A program made the position numbers and the translations under genes. DNA of 64,000 nt from Phycisphaerae bacterium (lineage in GTDB: Bacteria > Planctomycetota > Phycisphaerae > Sedimentisphaerales > UBA12454): contig JBAZTW010000007.1 in the NCBI GenBank assembly GCA_041661665.1, positions 961-64,960 of the forward strand. The letters run 5' to 3'. Positions 1 through 8,452 of this stretch are shown piece by piece (the first letter of the stretch is position 1; every line of letters starts with the position of its first letter). The notes under the pieces were generated by a model. It made no database searches. It saw only the letters and a program-made list of their open reading frames with translations, and had not been told where the DNA came from.

Positions 1-1
1 T

Positions 2-307
2 ATCGCCGCCGCTGGTATGGCCGCTCATCTGGCCGGTGCTATGGCCGCTCGAAGTTCGCTGCCGATTATCGGTGTACCTTTAGCCGCTGCCGAAGGACCT
101 GCCGGCATTGATGCGCTGCTTTCGACCGTTCAGATGCCGCCGGGCGTGCCGGTTGCGAGTATGGCAATTGGCAAGGCCGGCGCTGTGAATGCCGCGGTAT
201 TTGCTGTTCAGATTTTAGCATTGAGTGATGAAAAACTCGCCGCTAAGTTAGCGGATTTCAGAAAATCGCAGAGACAAAAGGTTATCGAAAAAGATTCCGC
301 AATTTAG
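2..307 (+). CDS. purE: N5-carboxyaminoimidazole ribonucleotide mutase PurE, C-terminal part (5' end outside window)
   Basis: The frame is open from the window edge. The translation IAAAGMAAHLAGAMAARSSLPIIGVP...MPPGVPVASMAIGKAGAVNAA matches the conserved PurE core as I recall it. Confidence 0.85.
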   Translation: MAAAGMAAHLAGAMAARSSLPIIGVPLAAAEGPAGIDALLSTVQMPPGVPVASMAIGKAGAVNAAVFAVQILALSDEKLAAKLADFRKSQRQKVIEKDSAI

Positions 308-652
308 AGAATGTGGTTCAGAGCCCAAGCGATAGCGCAGGGAGCAATCAGAGCCGCGAATGTAAATGAGCGGTCATTCTTTTTCGGTTAGTCCCACCAT
401 CACTATGGCAGGGTTCGTTGTCATTCCCGACCTGATCGGGAATCCATCGTATTTAGCCGCCGGTTTCACCGGCGGTTGGTCATTTCGACCGAAGTGGAGA
501 AATCTATTTAAATTCCATCGCCCCCCTGTCATGGCGAAGCATCGCAAAGACAGAAGGCGATTCCTCAATTATTCACTATTCATTATTCATTGAATTATTG
601 TTTTGTGTTTATTCGTGTTCAGTTGTGGCTAATTTCTTTGTGCCTTTGTGGC
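308..652. repeat. Mosaic of intergenic hairpin words
   Basis: Contains CAGAGCCCAAGCGATAGCGCAGGG, CAGAGCCGCGAA, CACTATGGCAGGG and the GTCATTCCCGA..TCGGGAATCC hairpin. Also has core GGCGATTCCTCAA plus a TATTCAT-word arm (556-600) and GTG-periodic words ending TTCTTTGTGCCTTTGTGGC (601-652). The same words recur at 12.8-13.1 kb and 60.2-60.6 kb. Confidence 0.8.
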
Positions 653-786
653 AAAAAAATCAGCCATTTGCGCAAGTAAAAACTTGCGCGCTTTAAAAAA
701 ATAAAAAAATTTGTCTTCATATTCCACAATTACTTAAGAATTCCAGACAAAATTTTCTCGTACAATTTTCGGCAAAAACGCGCAAG

Positions 787-857
787 CTTTAAGGTAATAC
801 AGAGAGTATTACCTTAAAGCCCCCGCACGCTTAGTTTTCGTTAGAAAACTGCGGGGG
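787..857. other. Two adjacent strong hairpins in a convergent spacer (possible terminator pair or small RNA)
   Basis: H1 is CTTTAAGGTAATAC (787-800) / GTATTACCTTAAAG (806-819), a perfect 14-bp stem. H2 is CCCCCGCA (820-827) / TGCGGGGG (850-857) with an inner GTTTTC/GAAAAC stem. Confidence 0.5.
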
Positions 858-896
858 TGTCTTTGAGAGGCATCATTGCTGGTAATACGGAGACTG

Positions 897-1047
897 CAAT
901 ATTGAAGAATGAAAATTGAAAAATGAAGAATTTTAAATAACTTCGCCATAGGCGATTCCATAAATCTTCAATCTACAATCTTCAATTTTAAATTATTTTT
1001 AAGGACCAGCGATTCCAAAACTAAAAACTAAAGACTAAAAACTATTA
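897..1047. repeat. Core-plus-word-arm elements (CTTCAAT words, then CTAAAAA words)
   Basis: ATTGAAGAATGAAAATTGAAAAATGAAGAAT is roughly the reverse complement of CTTCAATCTACAATCTTCAAT. The two arms flank the core CTTCGCCATAGGCGATTCCATAAAT. A second core AGCGATTCCAAAA is followed by CTAAAAACTAAAGACTAAAAACT. Confidence 0.75.
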
Positions 1048-1304
1048 ACTCTCCAACAGACCTTTGGTCTGTTGGAGCATCGTGTCTGCGTAAGAAAGTT
1101 GCCAGCGTGAAAAACCGCCCAACCTCTTTGGCAGAATCGTCCAGTGGCGACGTTGGAGGCCGGCGGCCAAAAGCCGTCTAACGACTTTATAAATGGAGAC
1201 CTTTAAAATGACTTAGTTACTTTTAAAATTCGTTAATTTTAATAATCTGTGTTAATCCGCGGTTTTTATTTTCTTTGTGCCTTTGTGCCTTAGTGGCTTT
1301 ATGG

Positions 1305-2987
1305 CTATCCCGTGAGCAGTTCAAATTCTTCCGGACTAAGGGTTTGACGAAGTTTGCCAAGCGCGATAAGTTCAATCTGGCGGACGCGTTCTTTTGTTAT
1401 GCCCAGTTCGTCGCCGATTTGTTTTAAGGTTTTAAATTTCTTTTTGACCATTGTGCCGGTCAGGCCGAAATGATAACGAATAATATACTGCTCGCGCTCG
1501 GTGAGGTTTTCCTCAATCACCTGCTCAAGACTTCTGCGGGTACTCTCAATCAGCTCAATGCCCGCCGGTTTGCTCTGCTGACGCTCAATATCAACATCAT
1601 CATGCGAAACTGTCCTCTCGGCACGCGCGGACTCGGCAGGTAAAAATTTCGCAAACTCCCTGGCGATAACCCACGAAGCAAACGTACTGAAGCGAAAACC
1701 CTTTACATAATCGAATTTCTCAACCGCTCGGATAAGAGCCATATTTCCTTCGCTTATCAAATCGGAAAGATTCGCCCCTGCGGTATGTTTGCCGGCCACA
1801 CGAACAACCAATTTCAAATTCGCCTCGACAATTAAATTTTTTATTCGCTCTGCCTGTTTCAGATACTGTTCGGCATCATTAGCAGCATTTGCGCAGGGCG
1901 AAATGAGGCTTAAATGATGGATTCGCTCTGCGGTAAGATATTTCAAAAAATTATATCGCCTAAAAAGCTCAAGCTCCTGCTCTCTGTTGAGGGCAGGCAC
2001 TTTTTGTATAGTTTCGATAAATTTATGCCAGTCGGCATCAGGTCGGTTTTTTGTTTTATCGAGAATACCTTTTGGCGTTCTTCTTACCGATGCAGGCGGT
2101 GTTAAAATTTTCTGCTCGGCATCGGGAGCGGTAAATTCATCGCTGGCGACATATTCAATATGAGCGGAGAGCAGTTTCCTGATTCTCTTGCGATTTATAA
2201 CCCTGTATATCGAACTGATGCTCTTATTAAATTTTTCAGCGATTTCATTTATCGCGACACCAGATTCATACATAGCAAAAACGGCTGCCGTCTCGGCGGG
2301 GCCAAGCAGAACGCGCGCTCGATTAAAAATTTGTCTTTTCTGATTCTTTTCAGCGTCCGTCAAAATCAGCCTTATGGTTTCGGCTGCTCTGCCGAAGTAA
2401 GCGGCGATTTTTTTTATTATCGCTGTCCTGCTTGAGCCGCCTTCGCTATCGAGCCGGCCGGCCATTTCAATAATCTGATTTTTGATATCGTTGGGAATGT
2501 TGCTGAATTTTGCCGCGCTTGCTGTAAGTTCGGGATTGGCCGCAATGAATTTTTCAACCATCGGCTCGCTGAAACCAACCCGCAAAATATTGTCATCGAA
2601 AAGATATTTCCTGCAAAGCAATCCTCGCTTTCGCCATCGTTCGATTGTTCGCGTTGAAACATTCAATTTTTCCGAAAGCTCTTCGAGCGAATAAATTTTT
2701 TCACTCTGCTTGCCGGCGGGCAATTTCAGCCTCGCGCTGGACTTGAGAATGTAAATAGGCATATCCCTCAGCAGGTCGGAGCCTTCGATTGTCTGATGGA
2801 TGTTTTGCCCTTTGGAACGATAACCGGTGATTTTGAAGCAGATAAATTCATAAGGGTAGCTTTTGCCCTGCTCAGCGATTCTGTATAACTCCTCAGCAGC
2901 AGCTAACTGCTTTAGCTGCTGGGCCTTAGATACAAAGCCAGTCTCCATAAAAAGCTGAGCAAGAATAGGATTTTTTATCGCCTGCAT
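1305..2987 (-). CDS. Sigma-70 family RNA polymerase sigma factor with ~330-aa N-terminal extension
   Basis: The C-terminal third shows region 2 (LIRAVEKFDYVKGFRFSTFASWVIAREF) and region 4 (LTEREQYIIRYHFGL...LKQIGDELGITKERVRQIELIALGKLR). The N-terminus has extra HTH-like segments (LSEKLNVSTRTIERWRKRG; INEIAEKFNKSISSIYRVINR). Confidence 0.85.
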   Translation of the reverse strand: MQAIKNPILAQLFMETGFVSKAQQLKQLAAAEELYRIAEQGKSYPYEFICFKITGYRSKGQNIHQTIEGSDLLRDMPIYILKSSARLKLPAGKQSEKIYSLEELSEKLNVSTRTIERWRKRGLLCRKYLFDDNILRVGFSEPMVEKFIAANPELTASAAKFSNIPNDIKNQIIEMAGRLDSEGGSSRTAIIKKIAAYFGRAAETIRLILTDAEKNQKRQIFNRARVLLGPAETAAVFAMYESGVAINEIAEKFNKSISSIYRVINRKRIRKLLSAHIEYVASDEFTAPDAEQKILTPPASVRRTPKGILDKTKNRPDADWHKFIETIQKVPALNREQELELFRRYNFLKYLTAERIHHLSLISPCANAANDAEQYLKQAERIKNLIVEANLKLVVRVAGKHTAGANLSDLISEGNMALIRAVEKFDYVKGFRFSTFASWVIAREFAKFLPAESARAERTVSHDDVDIERQQSKPAGIELIESTRRSLEQVIEENLTEREQYIIRYHFGLTGTMVKKKFKTLKQIGDELGITKERVRQIELIALGKLRQTLSPEEFELLTG

Positions 2988-3060
2988 TCCTCTATTTTAA
3001 ACCAAAAACCGCAAAAAAGTCAAGCGATTATGCTGTTTTTATCATATAACCAAATGTCAA

Positions 3061-3942
3061 TTAAAGCATTTCGTTGCAGAGGTTTGCTATCGCGACATAA
3101 TCAACCGCGCTAAGTTCTTCGGGTCTGTGGTGCGGCTCGACGAATGCGCGTTTGAAAATATCGTCCCAGTGATGAATGTTCGCCAGTTTGTCCTCGGCAA
3201 ACTTCACACAGGCTCGAAGCATTTTCCGCCGATGCCCCATAAACAGATTTACCACCTGTTTGAAAATTTCAACATTATGAATCTGCGCAACTTTTTTCTC
3301 ATCCCTGTCGAATCGAACAATCGCAGAATCGATTTGCGGCGCCGGCCAAAAAACGCTCGGCGGCAATTTTCGCAAAATCCGGCAATGCCCCATCGCTGTC
3401 AAAATTATACTAAGGATTCCATAATCATCGCTGCCGGGCTGCGCGGCCATTCTTTGAGCGACTTCCTTCTGCACCGTTACCGTCATCGCATCGGCAACAA
3501 CATCGCCCGTAAGCAAATTAGCCATTACGCTTGAGGCGATGTTATACGGCAGATTTGCAACGAGGAGGAATTTGCCGTCGAATTCCTGTCTTGCCGCGCG
3601 GAGTTTTGCCATAACCTCGTGATTGATAGTATTTTTATTTTCGAGTGCATCGGCGTTGACAAGTTCAAAATTTTTCTCGCCTGCAAACATCCCTGCCGTT
3701 ACTTTCGCCAGGTTGTCATCAAATTCGACAGCGATTACTTTGCCTGCTCTTTTAATGAGTTCGCCGGTAAGCGAGCCTGTGCCTGTGCCGACTTCCAGAA
3801 CGATATCGTTCTGATTTATATGGGCATTTGTGAGCAAAAACTGCATAAGATTCAGGTCGATGAGGAAATTCTGGCCAAGCCGATGGTTGGGTTCAACTCC
3901 CATTGAGGTAAGTATTTTTTGTATGTCGGTTTTTGTCTGCAT
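3061..3942 (-). CDS. rsmA: 16S rRNA (adenine1518/1519-N6)-dimethyltransferase RsmA/KsgA
   Basis: N-terminus LGQNFLIDLNL, SAM motif VLEVGTGTGSLT, NLPYNI motif; 293 aa. Confidence 0.9.
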   Translation of the reverse strand: MQTKTDIQKILTSMGVEPNHRLGQNFLIDLNLMQFLLTNAHINQNDIVLEVGTGTGSLTGELIKRAGKVIAVEFDDNLAKVTAGMFAGEKNFELVNADALENKNTINHEVMAKLRAARQEFDGKFLLVANLPYNIASSVMANLLTGDVVADAMTVTVQKEVAQRMAAQPGSDDYGILSIILTAMGHCRILRKLPPSVFWPAPQIDSAIVRFDRDEKKVAQIHNVEIFKQVVNLFMGHRRKMLRACVKFAEDKLANIHHWDDIFKRAFVEPHHRPEELSAVDYVAIANLCNEML

Positions 3943-4013
3943 TGTTTGGTTTTTAATGGATTAAAATACCGTTTTAAGCCTAATGTGAAATGGTGTGGAT
4001 TTCAAACAAAAAA

Positions 4014-4039
4014 AGGCCTGTCGAAACAGACCTTTTTTT
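4014..4039. terminator. Bidirectional rho-independent terminator-like hairpin
   Basis: AGGCCTG-TCGAAA-CAGACCT is flanked by A7 (4008-4014) and T7 (4033-4039). The single C/A mismatch becomes a G.U pair on the minus-strand RNA, so it is stronger for a leftward transcript. Confidence 0.55.
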
Positions 4040-4441
4040 AAAGCATAGAAACCTCCGCCTGTGCCGATGAAAGGCTATTTAAAGAACCCAGTATTGTCAA
4101 AGTGGGTAGTCGGCTTTTTACCGTCCGAATGTCCTGTCGAGCAGGCTTGTCCGAACCGGCAGGTTCCGACTTCCCTGAATAAGGGTTATAGATTCTTCAA
4201 ATATTTTCCTTCCTGTCGAACACCGCAGGGGAAACCTTGCTATCCTATTATATCGAAAACCAACGGCTATTTCAATGAATTTTTTCAGTTAATATCGCCA
4301 GGCGATTCATAAATACAGTTGCTCTGGACTTTTATGTTTATATTTGATATAATGCTATTGTATATATAAATGCGGCAAGGCTCTTCAAAAATCGGGTCTT
4401 GTTTCTTATTTAGATATTAGAATTTAGTATTTTCTACTGTC

Positions 4442-4790
4442 GGGGGCGAAAGGCTTCGACCGGACGGGTAGAGAAGCAGGTTGCATATCCAGGACGTCGG
4501 TTGGCCTGGCTAATCATCCGACACAAATTTAATTGGCAACTACCAATTACAAATGGCTGCTTAAATAGCGGCCCGTCCTGTGGGATCGCTCCTGCCGGTT
4601 TCACAAGGGCGCCGAAATGCGGGATGGCTTTGCAAGGCCGTTTGTCCAAGCAAAGTAAGAAACTACAAACTGGCTGAGTTGAAAGTCTGTTATTCGACGT
4701 TCAGCGAGGCGAGAACCAAATGAATAACTATGTATGTAGATGCCTGTTTTGAAACGTTTCGGGACGCGGGTTCGAATCCCGCCGCCTCCA
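4442..4790 (+). ncRNA. ssrA: tmRNA (SsrA)
   Basis: 5' GGGGGCG pairs with 3' CGCCTCC, including the G3.U70 alanine identity pair. The T-arm GGGTTCGAATCCC is followed by discriminator A, and CCA is not encoded. An internal tag ORF GGC AAC TAC CAA TTA CAA ATG GCT GCT TAA (4535-4564) gives (A)GNYQLQMAA. Confidence 0.93.
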
Positions 4791-4842
4791 TTTTGCGGCA
4801 TTTGCCGCAAAATGTCCTGAGCAAGCGCAGCGCGTCGAAGGG
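4791..4842 (+). repeat. Perfect 10-bp hairpin followed by an interrupted GTCCTGAGC..TCGAAGG word
   Basis: TTTTGCGGCA tt TGCCGCAAAA (4791-4812), then GTCCTGAGCAAGCGCAGCGCGTCGAAGGG (4814-4842), immediately 5' of the GIY-YIG ORF. Confidence 0.7.
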
Positions 4843-4847
4843 CTGTT

Positions 4848-5123
4848 ATGTGGTATGTATATATCCTCAAATGTTCGGATGGTAGCTATTACGTTGGGCA
4901 TACCGATTCTGTCGAAAGCAGAGTTGAAAGGCACAATGCCGGTCAAGCTGCACAATGGACTGCTTGCAGATTACCAGTCAGATTGGTTTTTAAGGAAGTT
5001 CAACCAACAGAACAGCAGGCGATGAAACGTGAAATCCAAATCAAAAGATGGTCACGGCAAAAAAAAGAGGCTCTTGTTGCCGGCGATTTTTTAACTCTTA
5101 AAGTTTTAAGTAAATCAAGATAA
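4848..5123 (+). CDS. GIY-YIG nuclease superfamily small protein (UPF0213-like)
   Basis: MWYVYILKCSDGSYYVGHT...RVERHN...EIQIKRWSRQKKEAL is the typical GIY...YIG...R..H...E...KxW pattern; 91 aa. Confidence 0.85.
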   Translation: MWYVYILKCSDGSYYVGHTDSVESRVERHNAGQAAQWTACRLPVRLVFKEVQPTEQQAMKREIQIKRWSRQKKEALVAGDFLTLKVLSKSR

Positions 5124-5130
5124 TAAAAAA

Positions 5131-5151
5131 ACCGCCGGTGATGCCGACGGT
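5131..5151. terminator. Hairpin between convergent genes
   Basis: ACCGCCGG-TGATG-CCGACGGT (7 of 8 bp) is flanked by an A-run on the left and TTT on the right. It sits between the GIY-YIG (+) and SGNH hydrolase (-) 3' ends. Confidence 0.5.
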
Positions 5152-5182
5152 TTGGTGTAATAAATTGAGGAGATAAGCAGAA

Positions 5183-5938
5183 CTATTTCTTTTCTTCGCC
5201 CATAAGTTTCACAATAGTCGGCTCCATAGCTTCTGCCCATATCCGATAACCATTTTCATTCGGGTGCAGCAGGTCCGGCATTACCTCTCGAGTAAGCACA
5301 CGCTTCTTGTTCAAAAACTTTTTATTTATATCCAAATAGAATATCATTTTGTTGTCAGCGATTTTCAATACGCGTTGGCTTGCCTTGTTATTCTTTGCCA
5401 CCTGCGGACTGGGTATGATGCCGCCTCGCGGGAAAATCGCAAGTACCAAAACCTTAGTCTGGGGCAGTTTAGTTCTCAACTGGCAAACGACAGCCTTGAT
5501 GCCGTCGGCAATTTGCCTGGCGGTATTATCGTCGCCATTGGAATTATTTGTTCCAATCATTATTACTGCCAGCTTCGGCTTGATGCCGTCAATTTCGCCG
5601 TTTTGCAGCCGCCACAAAACGTGCTGAGTGCGGTCGCCGCTAAAGCCCATATTCACGGCATTGCGCGGAGCATAATATTTATCCCACACATATTTGCCGG
5701 ATGTTTCCCAGCCGTGCGTAATGGAATCGCCAATCATCAATAGGTCAACATTGCCCTGTTTGACTCTGTCAACAACAGCCTGATGACGCGGCATCCACCA
5801 ATCTACATCAGGTCTCGCCACAGGCGTAACCGCGTCATGCGAGCCGATGTTCACATCGCAGGGATTGACTGCTGCCTGACAGATGCTGCCATACAAAATT
5901 GCTGTAACAATTAACGACAAAGACAAAAACTTTTTCAT
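5183..5938 (-). CDS. Secreted SGNH/GDSL-type hydrolase
   Basis: Blocks IGDSITHGW, GFSGDRT, IMIGTNN and DLLHPNENGY (Ser-Gly-Asn-His). Signal peptide MKKFLSLSLIVTAILYGS. Start moved to the second Met; the longest ORF reaches 5968. Confidence 0.8.
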   Translation of the reverse strand: MKKFLSLSLIVTAILYGSICQAAVNPCDVNIGSHDAVTPVARPDVDWWMPRHQAVVDRVKQGNVDLLMIGDSITHGWETSGKYVWDKYYAPRNAVNMGFSGDRTQHVLWRLQNGEIDGIKPKLAVIMIGTNNSNGDDNTARQIADGIKAVVCQLRTKLPQTKVLVLAIFPRGGIIPSPQVAKNNKASQRVLKIADNKMIFYLDINKKFLNKKRVLTREVMPDLLHPNENGYRIWAEAMEPTIVKLMGEEKK

Positions 5939-5976
5939 AACGAATCCTTTCAAAAAATCAAACGACAAAATTGTTA

Positions 5977-6639
5977 TTAATCAACAATTTCCGCACGCAG
6001 AACAAGAAAAAACATATCATCGCCAATTTGCGTCTGCGCAACTATAACAGGTTTTTGAGCGGAAACAATAGTTGTATTTTGATAACTAACGGAACCAGTG
6101 TTCGGCGAATCTTTATCTTTAATCTCGCCGTATACAAAATCGGAACCAAATGACCAATTCACCCGCACCTGTTTGTTGTTTTCCAAAACACCTGACCATG
6201 TACGGAAATTTACTCTTTGCCCATAATTACTCTCATAACCTTTCGAATTGGTAAAATATACTCTGTTACTGAATTCATTTTTAACTTCATTCAGAACCAT
6301 AGCGCGGGTTGTTGCGGAAACCACTACCTTGCCATTATTAGGCTCACCAAGGCACCACAGCAGGTTCATTATCGAAACATTTTCCTTATCCTTTTCCGAA
6401 AGCGGCTTTACACCCGATTCATACAAAGCATCGGCGGATACCCGAACAAGCCAGGCATCGACAATCACACTGCGATTATCCGGCTTTTCCTTCTTCGGCT
6501 CCTCGACGCAGCTTGCAGAAACAGTACTTCTGCAATTATCTGGTTTTACCTCTCTCCCCATATCCCTACTTCTTTCTACTGCTGCAAAAACAATTGAACT
6601 AACCACCAAAACACACAACAAAACAAATAGCTTTTTCAT
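5977..6639 (-). CDS. Hypothetical secreted protein
   Basis: N-terminal signal peptide MKKLFVLLCVLVVSSIVFA. No family recognised. Confidence 0.55.
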   Translation of the reverse strand: MKKLFVLLCVLVVSSIVFAAVERSRDMGREVKPDNCRSTVSASCVEEPKKEKPDNRSVIVDAWLVRVSADALYESGVKPLSEKDKENVSIMNLLWCLGEPNNGKVVVSATTRAMVLNEVKNEFSNRVYFTNSKGYESNYGQRVNFRTWSGVLENNKQVRVNWSFGSDFVYGEIKDKDSPNTGSVSYQNTTIVSAQKPVIVAQTQIGDDMFFLVLRAEIVD

Positions 6640-6661
6640 AATTCGTACCTCTCAAATTAAA

Positions 6662-7108
6662 TTATTTTTTTGTTTGAGCTTGCTTAACTAAACGGGACAA
6701 GGCTCCCTCACACCTAAATGTCTCAAGTTTTTGAATATCCACCAGAGCATCAGTCACTTGAGAAGACATACTTGAATTAGAAGGATAAAGATTTCTATAA
6801 GTTTTAGCTTCCCTTAGAGCATAATAGCAAAAATCATTCTTTGGGAATTTAGAATTTTTGAGACCAAGCAATTCGCTGTCAATTCCTTCCTCCAAAAAAC
6901 TAACCGCATTATCCGATTCGCCAAGACGCAGCTTGCTGGCCAAAACCAGTCGCCAGTTCAAAGTTTCCGCATCTTGCATTGTTAATAGTGAAAATACATG
7001 TTTGTAATATAAATATGATGAACCCAAAAAACCAACAACTCCCCCTAAAATAAATACTGCTACAATTATTATTAACCTCTTTGCCCGCATCGTTAACTCC
7101 TTTATCAC
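6662..7108 (-). CDS. Hypothetical membrane-anchored protein
   Basis: Single N-terminal TM helix (LIIIVAVFILGGVVGFLGSSYLYY). It lies in the same orientation as pdxB and the downstream secreted protein, with 5-22-nt gaps. Confidence 0.5.
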   Translation of the reverse strand: MIKELTMRAKRLIIIVAVFILGGVVGFLGSSYLYYKHVFSLLTMQDAETLNWRLVLASKLRLGESDNAVSFLEEGIDSELLGLKNSKFPKNDFCYYALREAKTYRNLYPSNSSMSSQVTDALVDIQKLETFRCEGALSRLVKQAQTKK

Positions 7109-7113
7109 AATTC

Positions 7114-8244
7114 TTAAATTGTCTTAAAACCCAATCCCTCAAAAACGCTTTTGAGGCTCGCATCATTGACAGAAATAGTCGTATTCTGAAATTCTCTGCG
7201 GACAGGATAATTCTTCCGCAAACCATCAAAAAACGCCCCGCGCTTATCGGCAGGCTCATTTTTCAGCCATCGCAGAGCAGCATCGTCTTTTCTAATATCA
7301 TAGAGACTGCTGACGGCAAAACGTAACGGTTTTTTTTCATTATTTTTAATAAAAATTTCAGAAATCTGCGGCCTCGGCAGAAAATCCCCGATTTTTTGCG
7401 TTATTTCAACGCCAAAGTGCCTGCAAAACGCCTCATAAATCATAATCATACCGGCAACCTTGCCATCATAAGAATAGCCTGCAATATGCGGCGTGGCAAA
7501 ATCAACCATATCGAGCAATTCGGAATCTATATTCGGCTCATTCTCCCAGACATCCAAAACCACCGCAGTAAATTTGCCGCTGCTGATTGCATTTTTCAAT
7601 GCGTTCGTATCGTGAACTTTGCCGCGAGAGGAATTTATAAAAATTGCGCCCTTTTTTAGTGATTTTAAAAACGCCTCATCAGCCAAATGGAAAGTTTTGT
7701 CTATGCCATCAGAAATCAAAGGCGTATGACAGGTTACAATATCGCAATCGAAAATTTCTTTGAGCGTCCGATATTTTTTATCACCCGTTTTTCTCGCTAA
7801 AGGCGGGTCATTCAAAACCACTTTCATTCCGAGAGCTTTTGCTTTTTTCTCCACCCTGCTGCCGACATTGCCGACGCCGATAATGCCGATGGATTTTTTT
7901 GTAACGTCAAAATTATATTTGTCGGCCAAATTTAAAATCGCCGAGGTGATATACTCCGAAACAGAATTAGCGTTTGAACCCGGCGCCGAGGAAAAACCTA
8001 TATTATTTTTCGCCAGATAATCAATATCGATATGCTCAAAGCCTATTGTGGCCGTAGCGACAAATTTTACATTTGTGCCGGCCAGCAATTCTTCGTTCAC
8101 CTTTGTTATACTGCGAACCAGCAGAGCATCGGCGTCTTTTAGGATTTCATTGGAAATTTTCCGCCCGTGACAGGTTTGGCAATCGCCCGCCGAGCTGAAA
8201 CATTCTTTTACAAACGGTATATTTTCATCAGCTATAATCTTCAT
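7114..8244 (-). CDS. pdxB: 4-phosphoerythronate dehydrogenase PdxB
   Basis: N-terminus MKIIADENIPFVKECF resembles the PdxB start. D-2-hydroxyacid dehydrogenase NAD motif GIIGVGNVGSRV, and HIAGYS. Start set at the Met preceding KIIADEN; the longest ORF reaches 8280. Confidence 0.8.
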   Translation of the reverse strand: MKIIADENIPFVKECFSSAGDCQTCHGRKISNEILKDADALLVRSITKVNEELLAGTNVKFVATATIGFEHIDIDYLAKNNIGFSSAPGSNANSVSEYITSAILNLADKYNFDVTKKSIGIIGVGNVGSRVEKKAKALGMKVVLNDPPLARKTGDKKYRTLKEIFDCDIVTCHTPLISDGIDKTFHLADEAFLKSLKKGAIFINSSRGKVHDTNALKNAISSGKFTAVVLDVWENEPNIDSELLDMVDFATPHIAGYSYDGKVAGMIMIYEAFCRHFGVEITQKIGDFLPRPQISEIFIKNNEKKPLRFAVSSLYDIRKDDAALRWLKNEPADKRGAFFDGLRKNYPVRREFQNTTISVNDASLKSVFEGLGFKTI

Positions 8245-8452
8245 AGCCGGCATTATAAACACAGAAAACGCAGAGTTCACGAAGAAATTATAAACTAAGA
8301 GCTTTTAACGCTTGTTCTATTGTCATACATCTTATTCTTATCAGGGGGTACGATGTTCCCTGGCTATGACAAGCCCAATACCCTAATCTTCTTGACTTTA
8401 GTCGTTTATGGACTTAAAGTTAGGCACGCTAAAACTTTAGGAAAGGCTTTCG

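Noticed and set aside
366-593. ORFs translated from hairpin-word mosaics: 366-593(+), 374-568(-), 12676-12936(-), 13018-13227(-), 45946-46337(+), 60215-60424(+) and 60535-60768(+).
   Set aside because: Their sequences are read-throughs of dispersed palindromic words (…SEPKRQRREF…, …VGADLCVCPLSF…) that recur in several frames and orientations. This is typical of spurious ORFs.
4040-4320. RNase P RNA, a SAM or cobalamin riboswitch, or a T-box on either strand. This was prompted by AGGGAAGTCGG, ACAGGAC..CGG and GCCGATGAAAGGC strings.
   Set aside because: The RNase P-like strings are only ~40 nt apart instead of ~290 nt, and the region is too short. No B12 box, T-box sequence or SAM-I core could be assembled. 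The region is kept only as a low-confidence unknown transcript.
4434-4955. ORFs 4434-4649(-), 4601-4870(-) and 4728-4955(-), and ORF 4061-4312(+).
   Set aside because: The first three overlap the tmRNA gene or the GIY-YIG gene antisense. The last lies in repeat-like non-coding DNA. None shows a recognisable protein pattern.
4791-5160. Integrated prophage or genomic island at the tmRNA 3' end.
   Set aside because: Only a single 91-aa GIY-YIG gene follows ssrA. There is no integrase, no duplicated ssrA 3' segment, and the next genes are ordinary chromosomal ones.
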